Shown here: one piece after another, positions 56,484 to 62,252 of the stretch
Position numbering within the stretch: the stretch's first letter is position 1
Layout: each line of letters begins with the position of its first letter
Virus record (IMG/VR): IMGVR_UViG_3300036790_000814
Span: 1-62,252 of that record
DNA length: 62,252 bases
From: a virus
Lineage: Duplodnaviria; Caudoviricetes
Reading direction: 5' to 3' (one strand)
The notes under the pieces: model-generated
What the model saw: only the letters and a program-made list of their open reading frames with translations
Databases searched by the model: none
Told to the model about the DNA's origin: nothing
Position numbers and translations under genes: made by a program

Positions 56484-58343
56484 CTACCCAGCTTGCATGA
56501 TCGGCGGTAACCAGCCCCGCCCTTTCAGCTCGGCAGAAATTGCCTTCGCCATCGGCTCCCGCTTCATAGCTTCGATGCCCTTGCGCTTTGCTGGCGGGAT
56601 TGCTCCATCAAGCTCGGCCAGCAACGCGGCTTTCGGCACTCGGCTGAAGTAGCTCTCTGCGTTCGCCGTCCAGTGCTTCCCCATGTCGAGCTTCAACGCC
56701 TTGGTGAGTTCGGCGGATGAGTCCTTCGCCTCGGCTCCGTTCGACTGCACCACGTCGATGGTGAGCGCGGCACACACGGCCAGAAGCCCCTGCACGGTGG
56801 CCGCGTTCTGCTCCGCCATCCAGCCCCACAAGTCCTCCGGCTTCTTCGGCAGTTTTTTCTGCCAAGCCTTCACGATACCGGCCAGCTTCTTCCCCGCCGC
56901 CGATTTCTCCACCTGCTCGTTGATCGCCAAGGGATAGTTCGTTTCGTGCGGGTTGATGCCCAAGCTGCTATGCTCTCCGCCGAGCTGGTAAAGCAGTTTC
57001 AGCGCGAGGACGTGGGTCACGGCCAGCAATCCCACCTTGGGGTTACCCGCCATCTCCACCTGAGCCGCCACATTCTTCTGGCTGGTCAGTTCCGCGACCA
57101 GCGCCGCCGACAGGCCGCCCTTGGCCTTCTCCGGCTTCGCTGCGCCATTACCGCTCTGCTCGGCCCCGTTCGCGCCGTGCGCCAGCTTACGGGCTGCTCC
57201 CTTGTCCTCAGGCTTCACCAGACCCTGCAAGACAGAAGCCTCGCCATTATGCCCGATGGTGACCAGAACGCCGCCGACGGCCATCTGCGCCAGCGTATAG
57301 ACGGGTTCGCCATCGGATAGCTCGTCGATCTGCTGGTACAGGTCACCAAGGCGCTCGGCGGCAGCTTCGTCGTCCGGCTCCTCCCCATGCTTCTTCATGA
57401 TCTTGTCGGCCTCGGCCTGTAGCGCGGCTATCTTCGCGCTCGTTTCCTCGTCCGGCTCCGCCCGGCCTGGTTGCAGGTGTCCGAAGGCGTTCTTCTGCTC
57501 ATAGGGCAGGTTGGGGATAACCTCGACCCATTTCCAGCCTATGCTTCTGAAAGCTATGGCGGCGGCGGTAAGCTTCTCCTCGGCCAGCCGGTTCACCAGC
57601 GCGGAGTCGGTCAACCATCCTTCCCCTTTGTCGGCAAACAGATCTCGCGTGATGCCGCCACCGGCCTTCTCATAGGCTTCGAGCGTCACGAACTTTGCGA
57701 TGGCACTATCAGCTTCCACCTGCTCGTTGGTCAGCGCGGCGCGTATCTGGTCGGCCCTGCCGTTGCCCTTCGCCCAATCCGGGAGGTCGCGCCAGACTTT
57801 CTCCTGCTTTTTCCTGTCCGACTCGATGGTGAAAGCCGTCACTTGGTCAAACGACATCTCGCCCTTCTCGAAAATGGTGATGAGCTTGGGGCTGACCGTC
57901 GTGGCGATTTTCAAGAACTGGTTCACATGGCGAAGCGGGGCAACAAGCTTTGCGGCTATCGTCTCAGGGCCATCGCCTTGATCGTTCAGTTTTTTGATGG
58001 CGTTCCATTGGTCTATTGGATGCATTTCGACGCGAGTTATGTTTTCAACCAAGCTGGTCTCAACCAATGTGGGATCGTTCGCATCCCGCACCTCGCACGG
58101 AACCAGATAGTCACCAGTTATTTTTTTCTGCTTAAGCAGCAGCTGCATGGCGGCAAGGCGAGTCCCCCCGATGACCACGCCAAATTTTTCACCTTCAACG
58201 GGATGGACACGCAGATTTTGGATCACACCGTGCTGTTCGATGCTGCGAGCAAACTCCTCGATGGTTTCCTTGGGGCGGATTTTTCTGACATTCAGGTCGG
58301 ACAGAACGAGGCTGCTCAGAGGGATGTTTTGTATCTCAGACAT
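56484..58343 (-). CDS. Long plasmid-type ParB/RepB/Spo0J-family protein (619 aa)
   Basis: IPLS.L..S..NVRK; SI...G.IQNL.V; V..GG.RL.A; SL.EN..R..MHP.DQ; Y..AGG....DLF; W......YF.RV.K. Confidence 0.88.
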   Translation of the reverse strand: MSEIQNIPLSSLVLSDLNVRKIRPKETIEEFARSIEQHGVIQNLRVHPVEGEKFGVVIGGTRLAAMQLLLKQKKITGDYLVPCEVRDANDPTLVETSLVENITRVEMHPIDQWNAIKKLNDQGDGPETIAAKLVAPLRHVNQFLKIATTVSPKLITIFEKGEMSFDQVTAFTIESDRKKQEKVWRDLPDWAKGNGRADQIRAALTNEQVEADSAIAKFVTLEAYEKAGGGITRDLFADKGEGWLTDSALVNRLAEEKLTAAAIAFRSIGWKWVEVIPNLPYEQKNAFGHLQPGRAEPDEETSAKIAALQAEADKIMKKHGEEPDDEAAAERLGDLYQQIDELSDGEPVYTLAQMAVGGVLVTIGHNGEASVLQGLVKPEDKGAARKLAHGANGAEQSGNGAAKPEKAKGGLSAALVAELTSQKNVAAQVEMAGNPKVGLLAVTHVLALKLLYQLGGEHSSLGINPHETNYPLAINEQVEKSAAGKKLAGIVKAWQKKLPKKPEDLWGWMAEQNAATVQGLLAVCAALTIDVVQSNGAEAKDSSAELTKALKLDMGKHWTANAESYFSRVPKAALLAELDGAIPPAKRKGIEAMKREPMAKAISAELKGRGWLPPIMQAG

Positions 58344-58379
58344 TGATCGTCTCTTTCTCTCGCGAACGCGAGCTTCGGG

Positions 58380-59087
58380 TTAAACTGCACGTTTCAAAGG
58401 CTTTGCGGCGGGATAGAGAGCTTCGGCGACAGGAATGCCCTGCCTCAATCTATGCCGTAGGGTGAAGGGGTTGATTCCGACGAGGCTTGCAATATCCGAT
58501 GCAGGAAGCAATTCACCGTTGAACTCGTATAGCTTGGTGCAACGCCTGTTATTAACGTTCTGCTTGCGAGTCACCCATCGGCAATTCTCAGGGCTATAGT
58601 CATCGTCATTGTCGATGCGGTCGATCTGTAGATCGTCCCGATAGCCGTGCGCCAATGCCCATTTGGCAAATGCCATGAAGTCTCTGAGCCAGAGGTCACT
58701 AATCTTGATGCCGCGCCCCCCGTAGTCATGATAGGACAGGTCGCTTTTATTATAGCATCTAGTCTTCATGCCTCGCCAAGTCTTATAAAGGCGCGTCTTG
58801 GACATACCGTGTGTGGTGAGCTTCGCCGCCCCGATAGTCCTTAGTTGTTTAAGGCGAAAGCACCCGCAGCTAGTCACCTCGCCGGATACCATGGGGCGTG
58901 CCCCGACCAGCTTGACGTTCCCGCAATCACAAGCACAAACCCAAGTGGAAACATGCTTGTTCATGTGACTGTAGGACACGACGAAAAGACGGCCATACTT
59001 GTGGCCGGTAAGGTCAGATTTGAGATGCCTTGTTTCTGTTGACCTGAGGTTCCGATATGGAACGGTGATGCATTGAATGGTGGTCAC
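58380..59087 (-). CDS. HNH homing-endonuclease-like protein
   Basis: C.CDCGN; SCGC; HGMS.TRLY..W..MK.RC; YGGRGI; IDRIDND..Y.P.NCRW. Confidence 0.85.
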   Translation of the reverse strand: MTTIQCITVPYRNLRSTETRHLKSDLTGHKYGRLFVVSYSHMNKHVSTWVCACDCGNVKLVGARPMVSGEVTSCGCFRLKQLRTIGAAKLTTHGMSKTRLYKTWRGMKTRCYNKSDLSYHDYGGRGIKISDLWLRDFMAFAKWALAHGYRDDLQIDRIDNDDDYSPENCRWVTRKQNVNNRRCTKLYEFNGELLPASDIASLVGINPFTLRHRLRQGIPVAEALYPAAKPLKRAV

Positions 59088-59127
59088 AGTTGGTAGGCTT
59101 TCTCCCCGCTAGGCGGGGCGTTTGGGG

Positions 59128-59331
59128 TTAGGCTTCAATTCCGAATGCGTGTTCCCAGCCTTCTGTGCCGAAAAAGTCGTCCTCTGACAGACTATCGAGG
59201 CACTCCTGCGTCAACATGAGCAAGAGTTCTTTCGCGCTGTCTGGGTTGCTCTCGACATGCTTCTTCAGCCCGTCGCAGATTTGGTTGATGGCTTCCGCTG
59301 CTCCTGCGTCCGACATTTTTTCGATGTTCAT
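59128..59331 (-). CDS. Hypothetical protein (67 aa)
   Basis: LD.L...DFFGTEGW motif. Confidence 0.6.
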   Translation of the reverse strand: MNIEKMSDAGAAEAINQICDGLKKHVESNPDSAKELLLMLTQECLDSLSEDDFFGTEGWEHAFGIEA

Positions 59332-59442
59332 GGCTGAAATCTTTCTGCCCTTGTGGGCGGTTGATTGATTCTTGGCCCCGCAGGGCATAGGCATTCGCAA
59401 AACCACCCTAGCAATACATCACGGTAATGCAACAGGAAATAG

Positions 59443-59457
59443 AGCAACAATGTTGCC
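59443..59457. promoter_or_regulatory. Palindromic operator-like site, copy 5 (AGCAACAATGTTGCC, reverse orientation)
   Basis: Reverse complement equals copy 3. Confidence 0.8.
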
Positions 59458-59561
59458 ATTTCCGGCCTATGCGCCCGTTACCCTCTTGACTGGAATCGTC
59501 TTCTCCTGCTCAGGCACATTCTTGGTCGGATCGCTCAGACGGCATTTTGGGCTAACACACA

Positions 59562-60428
59562 ATGGTACGCACACTTTATTTGGACCACAGCATCGTGTCG
59601 CACGAACCGTGGTGGCTGCCCGTCGAGCAGGTGGTTGCCTCGCGCGAAGTACGCTTGGCTCTGTCGCTCTGGAATCTGTTTGAGATCGGCGCAGCCAGCA
59701 ACATGGGACAGCGGGACAGACGCCTTGCGTTCCTTGAAAAACTAGACCCTCTGTGGATGATTGAGCGGAGAACCATTCAGAAGCAGGAAGTCGAACGCTT
59801 TCTCTGGCGCCACAAGTTTGGCCGTACTCCCCGGGACATGCTCGTTCTGACTCCTTCCCTATCGGTGGTCGAATCCTTCATATCTGGCCCACAGACACAC
59901 ATAGGGCTAACCCCCCGTCAATTCATTCGTGAGCTGGATTACAATCGGCTGAACCCACTAAAGAAACTGTCACCCGAGGCTCAGACCACCTTGAAGAAGG
60001 CAGATCCCGCAGCTCTGAAAAGGAGCGACAAAGGGATGTTCGTCGGCTGGGTAAATCAATCCATTCCGATCTGCAATCCCGATGGGCAGCCTATGACGGC
60101 CGTTGCTCGGTTAGAATTGGCTGAGTTCTGCTATCGGCGCCGGGCTGAGTTCTTAGCGGAGTGTCCGTCCATGGCGGTAGAGGACGCGCTCACGACGGAC
60201 CGGACTCGCGACCGGCAGCGCAAGCCGACCGACTCCGACGGTCCTGATGCGCAGCACACAATAGCCGCACTCCCGTATTGCGATTTATTTTTCACGCGGG
60301 ACGGCTATCAGGCGCGGAGTGCAACGGTGGTAAGGCGCATGCTAAAGGCACTGAAGTTGGCCGAGATATGCACAGGCCCTGACCAATTAAGCGAGGTGGC
60401 TTCGGCCCTTAGGGGAACGCCAGGTTGA
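59562..60428 (+). CDS. PIN-like domain protein
   Basis: LYLDHSIV; LS.WNLFEI; D..D..H...ALPYCD.F.T.D acidic residue pattern. Confidence 0.6.
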   Translation: MVRTLYLDHSIVSHEPWWLPVEQVVASREVRLALSLWNLFEIGAASNMGQRDRRLAFLEKLDPLWMIERRTIQKQEVERFLWRHKFGRTPRDMLVLTPSLSVVESFISGPQTHIGLTPRQFIRELDYNRLNPLKKLSPEAQTTLKKADPAALKRSDKGMFVGWVNQSIPICNPDGQPMTAVARLELAEFCYRRRAEFLAECPSMAVEDALTTDRTRDRQRKPTDSDGPDAQHTIAALPYCDLFFTRDGYQARSATVVRRMLKALKLAEICTGPDQLSEVASALRGTPG

Positions 60429-60464
60429 CCTTGCGTCAGCAGTCTGGTCGACCAGCCCAGTCCC

Positions 60465-60890
60465 CTATGTAACGCTCTTGAACTTATTCGAGCCGTGTCC
60501 AGTATGATCTGTCAGAGGTTCATCAACATCTTTAATGACATTGCCTGATTTATCGCGAATGAACTCGCGGGCTCGCCTGGTGTCACGATTTATCTCATAC
60601 TCCCGATAAACATAATCGCCCTGTGAGCGTCTTATTTCCCAACCGGATTTGAACGTTATCCGCAGCTTGTCCTTACTGCGCCGCGAATTGTCCTTGGCCT
60701 TAAAACTGATATGATCGCGGACAATGATCGGCAGGTCCTTGATGGGGGGGAGCGTGATATGCTGCTTGGCCGGGCCGCACATGGGGCACAGGCTTGCCGG
60801 ATGCCCTGCTTCTGACCCTTCCTCCGTCAGCACTTGTCCGCAGACACCGCATTGAATGACGTCGCTGTCGTTCATTGGCTGTGTTCTCAC
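60465..60890 (-). CDS. Zn-ribbon hypothetical protein
   Basis: CGVC...CPMC; R.I.R.....E.........EPL..H.GHGS. Confidence 0.6.
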   Translation of the reverse strand: MRTQPMNDSDVIQCGVCGQVLTEEGSEAGHPASLCPMCGPAKQHITLPPIKDLPIIVRDHISFKAKDNSRRSKDKLRITFKSGWEIRRSQGDYVYREYEINRDTRRAREFIRDKSGNVIKDVDEPLTDHTGHGSNKFKSVT

Positions 60891-61087
60891 TTTAGTATGC
60901 CTTGGACGTTATAGCCCAGCCGGATCTCCTCTTCAGTCTGGACGAGCCGGGCCTCGGCCTCCGGATTGCCGTCACGCAGCGCGTAGCTTCGGTAGCAATG
61001 CCAGCAGCAGACCAAGCCTTTGTCTTTCGGCCCTCCGCACAATGGGCAAATCAGGCTGGCGCGAAGACGCGGATGAGCGTTATCCAC
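60887..61087 (-). CDS. Small Cys-rich protein
   Basis: CPLCGG.K..G.VCCW.CY; GGAG RBS. Confidence 0.6.
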   Translation of the reverse strand: MDNAHPRLRASLICPLCGGPKDKGLVCCWHCYRSYALRDGNPEAEARLVQTEEEIRLGYNVQGILK

Positions 61088-61190
61088 TCCAGCCCTCCAA
61101 TTCTCTTCGCCCTCGTTGCGTCGGGCAAGTCGTATGGACTTTTGACCATGGTGAGATAGACTCGCGATCGAAAGCTGCGGAGCGGGAACC

Positions 61191-62252
61191 GTGCCGAAAG
61201 CTGGCTACCTTTACAAGCGCGGAGATACCTATTGGGGCCGAGTCCGTCTGGCCGGACGGGAGCACAGGCGCAGCTTACGAACGTCTGATGCCCGGGAAGC
61301 TGCCAGGCGACTCAAGGCGTGGCGGCTCAAGGTTGAGCGCGCGGTTGTGGCGGATCCCGACTCCCCGACCTTCAAGGCAGCGGTGGTCAAATGGGCAGAA
61401 GAAGTCCTGCCAAAATCGGTGAAGCCTGCCGTCATGCGGCGCTATCTGACCAGCATTGCGCAACTCGACCCTGTCTTTGGCCCGCTCCGCATTGGTGAGG
61501 TCAACACGGCCAAAATCAGCGAGTATGTGAGCCTCCGCACACGCACAACCAGCAATGCCACCATACGCAGGGACTTGACGGCCCTCTCGCGCCTGATGGC
61601 GGCTTGCGTGGCATGGGGATGGCGCGATGATAACCCTGTGCGCCTATATGACCGTAGCGTTGTCCTGCGCGAACGCCGGGAGCCGATTGAGCCGCCTGGT
61701 GAGGATGATTTCCAGCGCGTGCTGGCTGCCGTTCCTGAGGCAATGGCGAAGGTGCTGCGGCTCCTCGACCAGACCGGCATGCGCGAGAATGAAGCGGTCG
61801 TCCTGACGGCAAGCGACGTGAACAAGGAACGGAAGCAAATCACGCTCCTGCGAACCAAGACCAGCCGCCCGCGCACCCTCGATTGGAAGACCCCCGCAGG
61901 GGACGCTACGGACGCGCTGACGGCCGGGGAAGAGAAGGGGGTGCTGTTCCCCTCTCGCAGCGGGAAGCCATACGGCAACTTCGCCAGCGCCTTCGGGGCA
62001 GTCATGCGTCGCGTGGTCGCTGCCGAAAAGAAGGCCAAGCGTCCCTTCCGCCGGTTCCGCGTCCACGATCTCCGCCACGGCTTCGCCATCCGTTGGCTAA
62101 AGAATGGGGGCGGGATATATGAGCTGTCCAAGCACCTTGGACACTCGTCCGTAAAAACGACAGAGGGCTATCTGGGCTACCTGTCTGGGAAGGAACAGAA
62201 ACTTGCACAAACTGGGGCACAGTGGCATGTTGGGTTAGCAGCCGCAGAATGA
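61191..62252 (+). CDS. int: Tyrosine recombinase/phage integrase
   Basis: TGMR..E; TKT; HDLRH; LGH; terminal TEGY catalytic Tyr; N-terminal RRSL.T arm-binding region. Confidence 0.95.
   Translation: MPKAGYLYKRGDTYWGRVRLAGREHRRSLRTSDAREAARRLKAWRLKVERAVVADPDSPTFKAAVVKWAEEVLPKSVKPAVMRRYLTSIAQLDPVFGPLRIGEVNTAKISEYVSLRTRTTSNATIRRDLTALSRLMAACVAWGWRDDNPVRLYDRSVVLRERREPIEPPGEDDFQRVLAAVPEAMAKVLRLLDQTGMRENEAVVLTASDVNKERKQITLLRTKTSRPRTLDWKTPAGDATDALTAGEEKGVLFPSRSGKPYGNFASAFGAVMRRVVAAEKKAKRPFRRFRVHDLRHGFAIRWLKNGGGIYELSKHLGHSSVKTTEGYLGYLSGKEQKLAQTGAQWHVGLAAAE

Noticed and set aside
56484-58343. Classical parABS partition system (phage-plasmid)
   Set aside because: No ParA ATPase was recognised, an integrase is present, and the long ParB resembles leading-region ParB-like proteins

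Overview
The window (about 62 kb, GC-rich) reads as one temperate alphaproteobacterial prophage with a contractile tail. It is trimmed at gene boundaries and no att sites are visible. From left to right it holds: early recombination genes (RecE-like exonuclease, RecT, HNH, J-domain); one Cro/XRE-type HTH; middle genes (VRR-NUC, Imm, ParB-like, a CtrA-like DNA-binding domain); a candidate defence island (DUF4209-HEPN, GIY-YIG, AbiU2-HEPN, MTase-Mrr fusion); a DUF6456 late activator; two tRNAs; and a full head, contractile tail, baseplate and lysis module. After the lysis genes comes an unexpected conjugative mobilisation module: ArdC, a VirD4-type coupling protein, a MOBQ (MobA/MobL) relaxase and a recognisable oriT. 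It is followed by a plasmid-style leading region (MTase, DUF1643, DUF3560-like, long ParB-like) and a tyrosine integrase. A palindrome, (A/G)GCAACA-T-TGTTGCT, occurs five times upstream of leftward operons in both the phage early region and the leading region. This suggests one co-regulated element, a conjugatively mobilisable prophage. Family assignments come from recognising motifs by eye, not from database searches.
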